DNA from: Candidatus Eiseniibacteriota bacterium
GTDB lineage: Bacteria; Eisenbacteria; RBG-16-71-46
Direction: 5' to 3'
Length of the DNA: 64,000 nucleotides
Assembly: GCA_963776245.1 (NCBI GenBank)
Contig: CAVZLN010000008.1
Location: 214,427 to 278,426, forward strand
Shown: in pieces, positions 41,518 to 51,346 of the stretch
How the letters are laid out: each line of letters begins with the position of its first letter
Position numbering within the stretch: the stretch's first letter is position 1
The notes under the pieces: model-generated
Seen by the model: only the letters and a program-made list of their open reading frames with translations
What the model was told of the DNA's origin: nothing
Database searches by the model: none
Position numbers and translations under genes: made by a program

Positions 41518-42389
41518 GCCCCCGCCGCATCGGCATCACCGGCGCCACCGGCTTCATCGGCCGCCACCTGCTCGCGCACTTCGCCGCCCGCGGCGACGCG
41601 GTGGTCGCGTTCCAGCGCGGCCCCGCCGCCGCCGCCCGGCCGCGCGTCACGGTGGTCCCGTTCGTCCTCCCCGACCGCTTCGATCCCGGGGACCTCGCGG
41701 GGCTCGACGCGATCGTCCATGGCGCGCTGGTGGAGCACGGCCCGGGCACGCCCGACGCCGACGCGATCAATCGCGAGGGCGCGCGGCGCGTGCTCGCGGC
41801 CGCGCGCACCCATGGCGTGCGCGTGGTGTTCCTGTCCACGCTCTCCGCCCATCCGGAAGCCGAGTCCCACTACGGGCGCAACAAGCTCGAGCTCGAGCGC
41901 CTGTTGGATCCGGCGCGCGACACGGTGCTGCGACTGGGGCTGGTGCTCGGAGACGGCGGCCTGTTCGGCGGCATGGTGGACGTGCTGCGCGGCGCGCGGG
42001 TGGTCCCGCTGGCCGACGGCGGCCGCCAGCCGATCCAGACGCTGTGGATGGGCGACCTGTGCGCGGCGGTCGAGCACGTCGTGGACCGCGGCCTCGCCGG
42101 GAGCTTCGACGTCGCGGCGCCCGAGGTCCACACCCTGCGCGGCCTCCACCAGGCGGTGGCGCGCGGACTGGGGGTGCGGCGCACGCTGGTCGCCGTGCCG
42201 CTGCCGCTGGTCGAGCTGGGCGTCTCGGTGCTCGAAGCGCTGCGGGTGCCGTTCTCGATCCGCCGCGAGAACGTGCTCGGCCTCAAGCGCCTGCGCGCGT
42301 TCGACACCGCGCCCTCGATGCGCGCGCTCGGGATCGAGCACCCGCTGGGGCTCGAGGAGGCGGTGCGCCGCCTGCTCGCCGGCGCCTGA
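41514..42389 (+). CDS. NAD-dependent epimerase/dehydratase (SDR) family protein
   Basis: GTG start overlaps the upstream stop (GTGA). A GITGATGFIGRHL Rossmann motif and a YGRNK catalytic motif are present. Confidence 0.8.
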   Translation: MSPRRIGITGATGFIGRHLLAHFAARGDAVVAFQRGPAAAARPRVTVVPFVLPDRFDPGDLAGLDAIVHGALVEHGPGTPDADAINREGARRVLAAARTHGVRVVFLSTLSAHPEAESHYGRNKLELERLLDPARDTVLRLGLVLGDGGLFGGMVDVLRGARVVPLADGGRQPIQTLWMGDLCAAVEHVVDRGLAGSFDVAAPEVHTLRGLHQAVARGLGVRRTLVAVPLPLVELGVSVLEALRVPFSIRRENVLGLKRLRAFDTAPSMRALGIEHPLGLEEAVRRLLAGA

Positions 42390-42398
42390 CGCCCGCGC

Positions 42399-43577
42399 TC
42401 AGCGCGGGCGCGGTCCGAGCAGCTCGCTCAGCACCGCGCGCACGCGCGCGGCTCCCACCTCGATGCCGAACTCGCGCGGCGCGCGCTCGCGCACGTGCTC
42501 ACTCATGCGCCGCCGCCGCGGCTCGTCGTCCAGCAGGAGGTTCACGCCGTCCGCGAGCGCCGCGGGATCGCGCGGCGGGACCAGCCAGCCGTCCTCACCG
42601 TCCCGCACGAAGTCGGGGATGGCGCCCACCGCCGTCACCACCAGCGGCAGCCCGGCCGCCATCGCCTCCGGGATCACGAGCGGGAAGGCCTCGGTCCACG
42701 AGGGCGAGACGAACACCGAGGAGGAGGCGTAGGCGAGGACGCGGTCCCGCCCTTCGAGCGAGCCGAGGAACGTGACCCGGCCGGACCATCCGCTTCGCGC
42801 GACCGCCTCGCGCAGCGCCGGTTCGTGCGCTTCGCTCTCGGCCACGCCGCACAACACGAAGCGCGCCTCGGGATGGCGCGCGAGCACCGCGGGGATGGCC
42901 GCGAACAGGTCGTACACGCCCTTGGGGGCCGACAGCCGTCCCATGAAGAGCACCCCGCGCTCGCCCGCCGCCAGCCACGGCGCGGGTGAGCCCGGCGGCA
43001 GCGCGCGGAACTCCTCGACATCGACCAGGTTCGGCGACCACGCGAGGTCGGGGCGATGCCACGCGGCGGCGAAGCGGTCGCGATAGGTCGGCCCCAGCAC
43101 GATCACGCGCTGGGCCGCCGCCATCATCAGCCGGCCGGCCAGCCGGCCGAACCGGCGCTCGGGCGAGGGGAACACGGTGTGGGTGGTGCCGTGGTAGTGG
43201 CAGACCACGCGCGCGCCCAGCAGGCGCGCGATCGCCATCATCGCCCAGTCGCGCGTAAACGAGACGCCCGAGGCGGCGTGGACGTAGACCACGTCCGGGC
43301 GCAGCCGGAGGATCGCGCGCGCCAGCGCGCCCGCGTGCCGCAGGAAGTCCACCGCGCTGCGCCACGACTGCCGCTCGACCGCCCATCGCAGGCGTTTCTT
43401 CGAGGTGTCCACGGTGTGGATCTCGAAGTCCCGCGCGAGGCTCGAGCCCAGGAGCATCGCGTTCATCAACTGCACGCCGCCCAGCGGCGGCGGCAGCGGA
43501 CCGACCGCGAGCAGGCGCGGACGGCGTTCCGGCGGGGAGGCCGGACCCGGGGAGGGCGGCGCCGGCGGACTCACCAC
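42399..43577 (-). CDS. Glycosyltransferase family 4
   Basis: Contains FMGRLSAPKGV and SPSWTEAFPLVIPEAMAAGLPLVVTAVGAIPDFVRDGEDGWLV (EX7E). Confidence 0.8.
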   Translation of the reverse strand: MVSPPAPPSPGPASPPERRPRLLAVGPLPPPLGGVQLMNAMLLGSSLARDFEIHTVDTSKKRLRWAVERQSWRSAVDFLRHAGALARAILRLRPDVVYVHAASGVSFTRDWAMMAIARLLGARVVCHYHGTTHTVFPSPERRFGRLAGRLMMAAAQRVIVLGPTYRDRFAAAWHRPDLAWSPNLVDVEEFRALPPGSPAPWLAAGERGVLFMGRLSAPKGVYDLFAAIPAVLARHPEARFVLCGVAESEAHEPALREAVARSGWSGRVTFLGSLEGRDRVLAYASSSVFVSPSWTEAFPLVIPEAMAAGLPLVVTAVGAIPDFVRDGEDGWLVPPRDPAALADGVNLLLDDEPRRRRMSEHVRERAPREFGIEVGAARVRAVLSELLGPRPR

Positions 43578-43578
43578 G

Positions 43579-45768
43579 TCAGTGGGGCGCGTACGGGAAA
43601 TGGGTGTCCATCAGGACCACGCGTCGCTCCCGGATCGAGCGCTGCGCGGCGAGCAGCGCCTGCGCGGCGACCACGAACGAGTCGGTCTCGTCGGCCGCGC
43701 CGGGCGCCCGCCGGAACTGCGCGAACATGCGCTCGAGCATGTCGCGCTGGCCGAGGTCGGGCTGCAGCCTCGAGGCCTGGCGGGGCGCCCCGCCCCCGCG
43801 CAGCGCGAGCCGGCGGAATCCCGCGAGCCGCGCCGAACGTCCGCCGCCCAGGAGCTCGACCGATTCGCGCTCGAGGCCCTGCTGGCTGCCGCAGGTGTAG
43901 TTCACGGACGCCAGTCCGCCGCTGGCGAAGCGCATCTGGACCGCCCAGGCCTCCTCGCGGCGCCCCGGGTCGGGGGTCGCGAGCGCGTGCACCTCGACCG
44001 GGAGGCTGCGCGCGAACCAGATCGCGAGGTCGATGAAGTGGCAGGCGTCTCCGAACAGCACGCCGCCGCCCTCGATGGGATCCTGGTACCAGGAGTCCGC
44101 CGGGATCCCGGCCGAGCGCACGGTGATCGCGACCTGCCGCACCGCGACCCCGTCGAAGTGCGCCAGCGCCTGGCGGCTGAGCGGCGCGTAGCGGCGATTG
44201 TGTCCCATCCACAGCGTCGGTCCGTCCGGGCCCCGCCCGGCCAGCGCCTCGATCACCGGCGCGAGCTGCTCGTCGCTCAGCGCGAGCGGCTTCTCGACGT
44301 ATACGTGCTTCCCCGCGCGCAGCGCCTCGGCGGTGTAGCGCGCGTGGCTGTCGTGGCGGGTGGCGATCATCACCGCGTTGACCCGCTCGTCCGTCATCAC
44401 CTGCGCCGTGTCGGTGGTGGCGAGGCGGAACCCGTAGCGCTTCGCGAGCGCCTCCGCGTTCGCCCCGCGGGCGGTGCAGATGGCCTCCAGCCCCACGCCC
44501 GGGAATCCCGGCAGGTGCGGGAGGATCATCGATTTCACGTAATTGCCGGCGCCGATGACCCCCAGTCGCACGTCGCCCTGCGCGTGGGTCCCGGGGAACG
44601 TGAGGGAGCGCGGCCCGCCGGCCGGGGCGGTGGTCTCGGCGTCCGGATACTCGAACACGATGCCGACCGCCGACGCCAGCGCTCCGGACGCGATGCGGTC
44701 GAACACCGCGGGCGCCTCGGCGAACGGGAAGCGATGGGTCACCAGCCGGCCGAGATCCAGCTGTCCGCGCGCGATCAGGTCGAGGAACGAGCCCATGTTG
44801 CGGTTCGCCGTCCAGCGCACGTAGGCCGCCGGGTAGTCCTTCGCGCGCATCGTGTAGTCGCCGTCGTACATCCCCGCGCCCATCGCCCGGCTGAACCGGA
44901 AGTCGATCTCCTTGCCGAACCAGGTGCGCCAGTCGAGCTCGATGTGCGTGTTGCCGAGGCACACCACGCGGCCGCGCTCGCGCACGATCGCGGCCGCCAT
45001 CTCGATCGGTCCATTGTCCTTCACCGCCGGCGTCAGCATCACCGCGTCCACGCCCAGCCCCTCGCTGGCGCGCAGGGTGTGGTGGAGCGCCTCCTCGAGC
45101 GCGGGCGGGCACGCCGCCTCGGCGCCGTTCTGGAGCGCGAGCGCCTGCTTGCCCGGATCCGGATCCACGCCCACCACCCGGCAGCCGTTCGCGTGAGCGA
45201 GCTGGACCAGGAACTGGCCGAGCAGCCCGAGCCCGATCACCGCCACGGTCTCGCCCAGCTCGAGGTGCGCCTGGCGCACCCCCTGCAGCGCGATCGCTCC
45301 GACCGCGGCGCTGCACGCGTGGTCGAGCCGCACCCCGTCCGGCACCGCGACCACCAGATTGCGCGGCACCGCGTTGTACTCGGCATGCGTGGCGATGGCC
45401 TCGCCGATCGCCGCCACGCGGTCGCCGACCCGGAAGTCCTCGACCTGCGCCCCCACCGCGACCACGGTCCCGGCGCACGAGTAGCCCAGCGTGGCGGGGG
45501 CCTTGAGGCGCTCCTGCACCTTGCGCCACGTCGGCATCAGGCCCTGTTCCTTCATGGTCTGGAGCACCTGGCGCACCTGGTCGGGGCGCTCGGCGGCCTT
45601 GCCGGCGAGGCTCAGCCGGGCCTGCGTGACCTTCATCTTCTCGGTGCCGACGCTCACGAACGAGTAGTGGGTGCGGATCAGCACGTCGCCGGGCGCGACC
45701 GCGGGAAGGGGCACCTCGCTCACGTCGAGCGTGCCGTCCCTGAGGTACTGGCGGATCTGCTTCAACAC
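43579..45768 (-). CDS. Bi-domain oxidoreductase: N-terminal zinc-type alcohol dehydrogenase (MDR) fused to C-terminal Gfo/Idh/MocA oxidoreductase
   Basis: 729 aa. An MDR Rossmann motif (VAVIGLGLLGQFLVQLA) sits in the N-terminal half. The GVIGAGNYVKSMILPHL and EKPLALS motifs of Gfo/Idh/MocA sit in the C-terminal half. Confidence 0.85.
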   Translation of the reverse strand: MLKQIRQYLRDGTLDVSEVPLPAVAPGDVLIRTHYSFVSVGTEKMKVTQARLSLAGKAAERPDQVRQVLQTMKEQGLMPTWRKVQERLKAPATLGYSCAGTVVAVGAQVEDFRVGDRVAAIGEAIATHAEYNAVPRNLVVAVPDGVRLDHACSAAVGAIALQGVRQAHLELGETVAVIGLGLLGQFLVQLAHANGCRVVGVDPDPGKQALALQNGAEAACPPALEEALHHTLRASEGLGVDAVMLTPAVKDNGPIEMAAAIVRERGRVVCLGNTHIELDWRTWFGKEIDFRFSRAMGAGMYDGDYTMRAKDYPAAYVRWTANRNMGSFLDLIARGQLDLGRLVTHRFPFAEAPAVFDRIASGALASAVGIVFEYPDAETTAPAGGPRSLTFPGTHAQGDVRLGVIGAGNYVKSMILPHLPGFPGVGLEAICTARGANAEALAKRYGFRLATTDTAQVMTDERVNAVMIATRHDSHARYTAEALRAGKHVYVEKPLALSDEQLAPVIEALAGRGPDGPTLWMGHNRRYAPLSRQALAHFDGVAVRQVAITVRSAGIPADSWYQDPIEGGGVLFGDACHFIDLAIWFARSLPVEVHALATPDPGRREEAWAVQMRFASGGLASVNYTCGSQQGLERESVELLGGGRSARLAGFRRLALRGGGAPRQASRLQPDLGQRDMLERMFAQFRRAPGAADETDSFVVAAQALLAAQRSIRERRVVLMDTHFPYAPH

Positions 45769-45983
45769 TCCTCCTCGATGGACGACGCACGGGGGCGGAG
45801 GGTGTCCGAGCCACGCGACCGCTTCCCGACACGGGGGAGCCGCATGCTAGCAGACCCCGCGGCCGGGGGCATTCCGGCCCCTCCGGATGGTGGCGCGACG
45901 CCATCGCGCGGAGGGTCCGTGCACGGTCGGGACGCACCCGCGGGTGGCCCGGGGGCGGCACGTCCTGTATCCTCGAGGTCCGC

Positions 45984-47462
45984 ATGAGCCCATTCCCCGT
46001 CGCCATCCATCGGTCGGAGCGCGCGGCCTACCCCGCGCGCGCGCCGTTCCACCCGCCGGCGCGTTACCCCGAACTGCCCGAAGGTCTCGAGCTCGACCCC
46101 ACCAACACCGCGTACGCGGCGGTGCGCGACGCACTGTCGCTGCTCGGGCTCGACCGCGAGCACGCCGGGACGCGCGACTGGAACCCGCTCGGCGCGCTGG
46201 TGAAGCCGGGCGACACCGTGTTCCTCAAGCCCAACATGATCGCGCACCGCCACCGGCTGCGCGACGAGTGGGACGATGTCATCACCCACGGCTCGGTGAT
46301 CCGGGCGGTGATGGACTACGTCCGCCTCGCGCTCCACGGCGAGGGCGCGATCCTGATCGGGGACGCGCCGCAGACCGACTCCCGGTGGGACGGACTGATG
46401 GAGCGGATGGGACTGCCCGAGATCCGGGACTGGTACCGGGCGCGCCACGGGTTCCCGATCGAGCTGCTCGACCTGCGCGACGAGCACCACGTGGAGCGGG
46501 ACGGGATCTACGTCGAGACCGTGCGCCTGCCGGGGGACCCGCGCGGGGGCGTCGCCGTGGATCTGGCCGACGACAGCATGTTCCGCGAGCTGGACGCGCA
46601 GGGGAAGCGCTACTACGGCGCGTACTACGACTGGAAGGAGACCAACGCCCATCAGCGCGCCGGCCGCCACGAGTACGCCGTCTCGCGCTCCCCCCTGACC
46701 GCCGACGTGTTCATCAATCTGCCGAAGCTCAAGACCCACAAGAAGTGTGGGATGACCGTCAATCTGAAGAGCCTGGTGGGGATCAACGCCAACAAGAACT
46801 GGCTCCCCCACTACGCCTTCGGCGCGCCCGCGGACGGCGGCGACCAGTTCGATCGCGCCACGCTCAAGACGCGGCTCGAGAACTGGGTGGTGATGCCGGC
46901 CAAGCAGCTCCTGCTCGCCGACCTGCCCCTGTTCAAGGGCCTTGCGCGGCGCACCAAGCAGGTGGGCTACGACGTGTTCGGCGGGACCGAGGAAGTGGTG
47001 CGCTCGGGCAACTGGCATGGCAACGACACGGTGTGGCGCATGTGCCTCGACCTCCACCGCATCCTGCTCTACGGCGAGCCGGACGGCTCGATGCGGGCGG
47101 CGGGCGCCGCCAAGCGCTACTTCTCGGTGGTGGACGGCATCGTGGCGATGGAGGGCAACGGCCCGGTGGCCGGGGACCGCCGCGAGGCCGGGCTGATCGT
47201 CGCCGGCGCGAACCCGGTCGCGGTGGACGCCGTGTGCGCGCGGGTGATGGGTTTCGATCCGCAGCGCCTGGCGCTGGTGCGCCGCGCCTTCGAGCCCCAC
47301 CGGTGGCCGCTGATCGACGGCACCGAGGCCGACATCGCGCCCATCAGCGACGTGCCGGCGTGGGATCGTCCGCTGGCGGCGTGGCGGCTCGAGGACACCC
47401 TGCGGTTCCGCCCGCACTTCGGCTGGACCGGGGCGATCGAGTGGGGCCCGCCGCGCCCCTGA
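45984..47462 (+). CDS. DUF362 domain-containing protein
   Basis: 492 aa. A DUF362-like core (VFLKPNMIAHRH...VFINLPKLKTHKKCGMTVNLKSLVGIN...VDGIVAMEGNGP) is present. Confidence 0.7.
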   Translation: MSPFPVAIHRSERAAYPARAPFHPPARYPELPEGLELDPTNTAYAAVRDALSLLGLDREHAGTRDWNPLGALVKPGDTVFLKPNMIAHRHRLRDEWDDVITHGSVIRAVMDYVRLALHGEGAILIGDAPQTDSRWDGLMERMGLPEIRDWYRARHGFPIELLDLRDEHHVERDGIYVETVRLPGDPRGGVAVDLADDSMFRELDAQGKRYYGAYYDWKETNAHQRAGRHEYAVSRSPLTADVFINLPKLKTHKKCGMTVNLKSLVGINANKNWLPHYAFGAPADGGDQFDRATLKTRLENWVVMPAKQLLLADLPLFKGLARRTKQVGYDVFGGTEEVVRSGNWHGNDTVWRMCLDLHRILLYGEPDGSMRAAGAAKRYFSVVDGIVAMEGNGPVAGDRREAGLIVAGANPVAVDAVCARVMGFDPQRLALVRRAFEPHRWPLIDGTEADIAPISDVPAWDRPLAAWRLEDTLRFRPHFGWTGAIEWGPPRP

Positions 47463-47493
47463 CGGGCGCCGCGCGCGCGCGGCGCCGGCCGGT

Positions 47494-48393
47494 TCACGCC
47501 ATGTCGCGCAGCGAGCGCTCGAGCGGGAGCGTGGCGCTCCAGCCGGTGGCCGCGCGCAGCGCGGAGGCGTCCCCGACCTGCTCGAGCACCTCCACGGCCC
47601 GCACCCGCGCCGGATCCACGACGATGCGCGCCTCCACCCCGGCGGCCGCGAGCACCTGCTCGAGCAGCGCGCGCACCGCCACCGGACGCCCCGAGGCCAC
47701 GTTGAACACGCGGCCGCGCAGGTCCTCGCGCTCCAGCAGCTCGAGGTAGGCGCGCACCGCGTCGCGCACGTCCACGAAGTCCCGGCGCGGCTCGAGCGCA
47801 CCCACGTGGATCGCGCCGTCGCCTTCCCCGGCGCGCAGCGCGCGCGCCTGGGCCATGAAGTCCGAGGGCGCGAACCCCGCGCGCAGGCCGGGGCCGACCA
47901 GGTTGAACGGACGCGCGACCGTGACCGGCAGCAGGCCGCGGCGGTGCATCGACAGCGCGGCGTGCTCGGCCGCGGCCTTGCTGGCGCCGTAGGGCGTGAC
48001 CGGACGCAGCGGGGTGTCCTCGCGCACCGGCGATTCCTCGGCGCGCGTGAGGCCGTACACCGCCGCGCTCGAGACCACCACCACCGCGGGAGGCCGGGGC
48101 TGCGCGGCGCACGCCTCGAGCAGATGCCGCGTCGCGTCCAGGTTGACGGCCCAGCAGCGGTCGACGTCCTGCGAGCTCACCCCGGCGAGGTGGAGCACGC
48201 GCTCCGGACGGACCTGGTCGAGCAGCGCGCGGACCGCGCCCGGCGCGGCGAGGTCGAGGGAGGCGTAGCGCAGCCCCGCCGGCCCCTGCGCGGCGAGGTC
48301 GGTGCCCCACGCCTCGAGGTCCCGCCCGGTGAGGGCGTCCAGCAGGTGCCGGGCGGTGAACGACGCCGCACCGGTGATGAGCAGGCGCGTCAT
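47494..48393 (-). CDS. NAD-dependent epimerase/reductase (SDR), NDP-4-keto-6-deoxyhexose reductase-like
   Basis: Translation MTRLLITGAASFTARHL...YGASKAAAE. Lies in an operon with a nucleotidyltransferase and a 4,6-dehydratase. Confidence 0.8.
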   Translation of the reverse strand: MTRLLITGAASFTARHLLDALTGRDLEAWGTDLAAQGPAGLRYASLDLAAPGAVRALLDQVRPERVLHLAGVSSQDVDRCWAVNLDATRHLLEACAAQPRPPAVVVVSSAAVYGLTRAEESPVREDTPLRPVTPYGASKAAAEHAALSMHRRGLLPVTVARPFNLVGPGLRAGFAPSDFMAQARALRAGEGDGAIHVGALEPRRDFVDVRDAVRAYLELLEREDLRGRVFNVASGRPVAVRALLEQVLAAAGVEARIVVDPARVRAVEVLEQVGDASALRAATGWSATLPLERSLRDMA

Positions 48394-49130
48394 CGGGGCG
48401 GAGCGGACGCCGTTCCCGGATCGCCCTCCCGCAGGAACTCCGCGCGGTGCGCCTCGAAGGTCTCGAGCGCCTCCGCGTAGTCGTCGGCGCGCCCGATGTC
48501 GAGCCAGCGGCAGGGCTGTTCGAACGTGGCGACCGTCTCCCCCGCCTGCTTCAACCGCATCATCAGGTCCGGCATCCCGAGCGCCTCGTCCGCGCCGATC
48601 GCGTCCAGCGCGCGCGGCTCCAGGATGTTGATGCCCATGCTCACCGCGTAGTGGATCTCGGGCTTCTCGATGTAGCGCTCCAGGGTGCCGTCGCGGGCGG
48701 TCTCCACCACGCCGTAGTCGATCCGCACGCTGCGCCGGTGCATCGCGATGGTCGCCAGCGCCCCGGCCCGGCGGTGGTGCGCCAGCATCGCGCCATAGTC
48801 CAGGGTCGTGAGCACATCCCCGTTCATGACCAGGAAGGTGTCGTCGAGCCCTCGCACCAGCCGCAGCGGTCCCGCCGTCGAGAGCGACCGGTCCTCGCGC
48901 GAGTAGTCGATCCGCATGCCGAGCCGCTCACCGTTCCCGAAGAACGCCTCGATCAGCTCCGCCAGGTACGACACCGCGAGCGTGATGCGGGTGAACCCGC
49001 TCGCTTTGAGCTGGCGCAGCACGATCTCGAGGATCGGCATCTCGCCGATCGGCATCAGGGGCTTGGGGAAGATGGTGGTGTAGGGACGCAGGCGCGTGCC
49101 CTTGCCGCCGGCCAGGATCACCGCACGCAT
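48390..49130 (-). CDS. Sugar-1-phosphate nucleotidyltransferase (RfbF/RmlA-like)
   Basis: MRAVILAGGKGTRLRPYTTIFPKPLMPIGEMPIL shows the NTP-transferase fold. Length is 246 aa. ATGA overlap with the downstream gene. Confidence 0.85.
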   Translation of the reverse strand: MRAVILAGGKGTRLRPYTTIFPKPLMPIGEMPILEIVLRQLKASGFTRITLAVSYLAELIEAFFGNGERLGMRIDYSREDRSLSTAGPLRLVRGLDDTFLVMNGDVLTTLDYGAMLAHHRRAGALATIAMHRRSVRIDYGVVETARDGTLERYIEKPEIHYAVSMGINILEPRALDAIGADEALGMPDLMMRLKQAGETVATFEQPCRWLDIGRADDYAEALETFEAHRAEFLREGDPGTASAPPR

Positions 49131-49143
49131 GTGGGTCGCTCCT

Positions 49144-50139
49144 TCATACGGTGTAGAGGCCGGGCTTGTAGTCCCCGAGGTGGCGGCCGATCCACTCCGC
49201 GGTGCGCCGCACCCCGTCCTCGAGGCTCACGCGACTGCTCCAGCCGAGCCGCTCGCGCGCGACCGTCGCGTCGGCGATCAGCGCCATCACCTCGCTGCGA
49301 TCGGGGCGCACGCGCGCGGCCTCGATCTCGACGCGCGGGCTGCGGCCGGTGACCCGCAGCGCGAGATCGAGCAGTTCGCGCATGGTGACGCCGCGCCCGC
49401 TGCCCAGATTGACCGTCAGCCCTTCGATGCCCGGCGCGATGGCGGCGGCGAGGAAGCCCGCCACCGTGTCCGCGACGTAATTCATGTCGCGCACCGGATC
49501 GAGCGAGCCCACGCGCACCACGTCCGCGGTGAGCGCCTGGGTGAGCACGGTGGGCAGGAAGGCGCGCGCCGACTGGCGCGGTCCGTAGGTGTTGAACGGG
49601 CGCACGGTCACCACCGGGGTCTCGAACGAGCACCGGTAGGCCTCCGCCAGCTTGTCCGCCCCGATCTTGCTGGCCGAGTACGGCGATTGCCCCTGGAGCG
49701 GATGCCCCTCGTCGATCGGGGTGTAGCGCGCGGTGCCGTAGGTCTCGCTGGTCGAGGTATGGAGCAGGCGGCGTACGTCGTGGCGGCGCACCGCCTCGAG
49801 CACGTGGAGGGTCCCGCGCACGTTGGTGTCGACGTACTCCGAGGGCGCGAGATACGAATACGGGATCGGGATGAGCGCAGCGAGATGGAACACGCAGTCC
49901 GTGCCGGCGACCGCGCGATCGACCAGGAACGGGTCCCGCAGGTCGCCCGCCATCACCTCGACGGCCGCCCGCGCCCCGGGATCGATGCGCTCGAGGTGGC
50001 CCCAGTCGTCCCGCGAGTTGTAGTGCACGAGCGCGCGCACCCGCGCGCCCGCCACCACCAGCGCCTCCACCAGATGGCTGCCGATGAACCCGCCGGCGCC
50101 GGTGACCAGCACCGGGCGGCCCTCGAGATCCTGCGACAT
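49144..50139 (-). CDS. NDP-sugar 4,6-dehydratase / epimerase (extended SDR)
   Basis: GGGAGGA ribosome-binding site, then ATG at 50137-50139. Contains VLVTGAGGFIGSHLVEAL and YSASKIGAD (the YxxxK catalytic motif). Confidence 0.85.
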   Translation of the reverse strand: MSQDLEGRPVLVTGAGGFIGSHLVEALVVAGARVRALVHYNSRDDWGHLERIDPGARAAVEVMAGDLRDPFLVDRAVAGTDCVFHLAALIPIPYSYLAPSEYVDTNVRGTLHVLEAVRRHDVRRLLHTSTSETYGTARYTPIDEGHPLQGQSPYSASKIGADKLAEAYRCSFETPVVTVRPFNTYGPRQSARAFLPTVLTQALTADVVRVGSLDPVRDMNYVADTVAGFLAAAIAPGIEGLTVNLGSGRGVTMRELLDLALRVTGRSPRVEIEAARVRPDRSEVMALIADATVARERLGWSSRVSLEDGVRRTAEWIGRHLGDYKPGLYTV

Positions 50140-50200
50140 GCGTCCTCCCATCACGGCGATCCATTTCCGGCGCGCGAGTATAGCATCCGCGCGTCGGCGT

Positions 50201-51346
50201 TCAGCGGCGGCGGCGCGACCGCACCTGCGCGAGCAGCGCGTCCAGCTCACGGGTGAGCGTGCCGAGCACGCGCTCGGGCGTGTGATGCTCCTCGACATAG
50301 CGCCGCGCCCGCCCACCTGCTTTCCGACGCGTTTCCGGGTCCCCCATCAGCCGTTCGACGGTCTCGACCAGGAAGGGGAAGTCCGTCGCGACCGCGCCGA
50401 GGCGCAGGCGCGTGACCAGCGCGTCCGGGTTCACCGACGACACCGTGGGCAGTCCCAGCGCCCAGGCTTCGAGCATGACGTTCGAGAAGCCCTCGACCGG
50501 GGAGGTATGGACCACCAGCGAGGCGGTGCGCATCAGTCGCTCCAGTTCCTCCCCGGTCTGGAATCCGCGCACCTCGAGGTTGGGGCATTCGCGGGCCTGC
50601 GCCACTGCGGCATCCCAGTGACTGCGACTGAGCGGCGGCGGCGGCACCACCCCGGCCATCAGGAACCGGCGGTGAGGGAGCTCGCGCGCCAGCCGCGTGA
50701 ACCACTCCGGCCGCTTGATCGACTTGTAGGTGCCGAGCCACATGACGTGGCCATCCTGCCCCGCGTCCACCAGCGATGCCGGCAGCTCGATGAGATTGGG
50801 GAGCAACTGACTCTCGACACCATGGTTCCGCTGGAACGCCTCGCGTTGGTGCTCGGTCTGCGCGAACAGCCGGTCGGCATCGCGCAGCGCCCGGCGGTAC
50901 CACGCCCGGTCCCGGAGGCCATAGCGCTTGAGATCCTTGAGCACGTCGTAGTCGCTCATCGCGTGGAGCGCGAATCCCGCGCCCCGCACACGCGCCAGGT
51001 CGTGCGTGAGTCCGGCGGGCATCCCCGCGCCGACCACGTAGTAGATCTCGGCGTCGGCGCGCGCCAGGGCGCGGATGGCGAGCGAGAGGCGCGGATGGAA
51101 GAAGCGCAGCACCGGGAGGCCGCCCGCGACCGGGAAGGCCCGGTGCACGGTGATGCCGTCGATCACCACGGTCGCGGGCTGGCCGAAGTCGCAGGTCACG
51201 AGCTGGACGTCGTAGCCCCGCTCGACCAGGCCGCGCGCGAGCAGCACGACGAGCATCTCGGCCCCTCCGGCGAAGTCCCCGGCGGTCGCGTCCAGCACCG
51301 GGTAGGCGCGCTCGGAATAGAAGCAGATGCGCCCGCGGGCGGTCAC
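50201..51346 (-). CDS. Glycosyltransferase family 4
   Basis: 381 aa with a GT-B fold and a C-terminal EX7E-type region VHTSPVEGFSNVMLEAWALGLPTVSS. Confidence 0.8.
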   Translation of the reverse strand: MTARGRICFYSERAYPVLDATAGDFAGGAEMLVVLLARGLVERGYDVQLVTCDFGQPATVVIDGITVHRAFPVAGGLPVLRFFHPRLSLAIRALARADAEIYYVVGAGMPAGLTHDLARVRGAGFALHAMSDYDVLKDLKRYGLRDRAWYRRALRDADRLFAQTEHQREAFQRNHGVESQLLPNLIELPASLVDAGQDGHVMWLGTYKSIKRPEWFTRLARELPHRRFLMAGVVPPPPLSRSHWDAAVAQARECPNLEVRGFQTGEELERLMRTASLVVHTSPVEGFSNVMLEAWALGLPTVSSVNPDALVTRLRLGAVATDFPFLVETVERLMGDPETRRKAGGRARRYVEEHHTPERVLGTLTRELDALLAQVRSRRRR

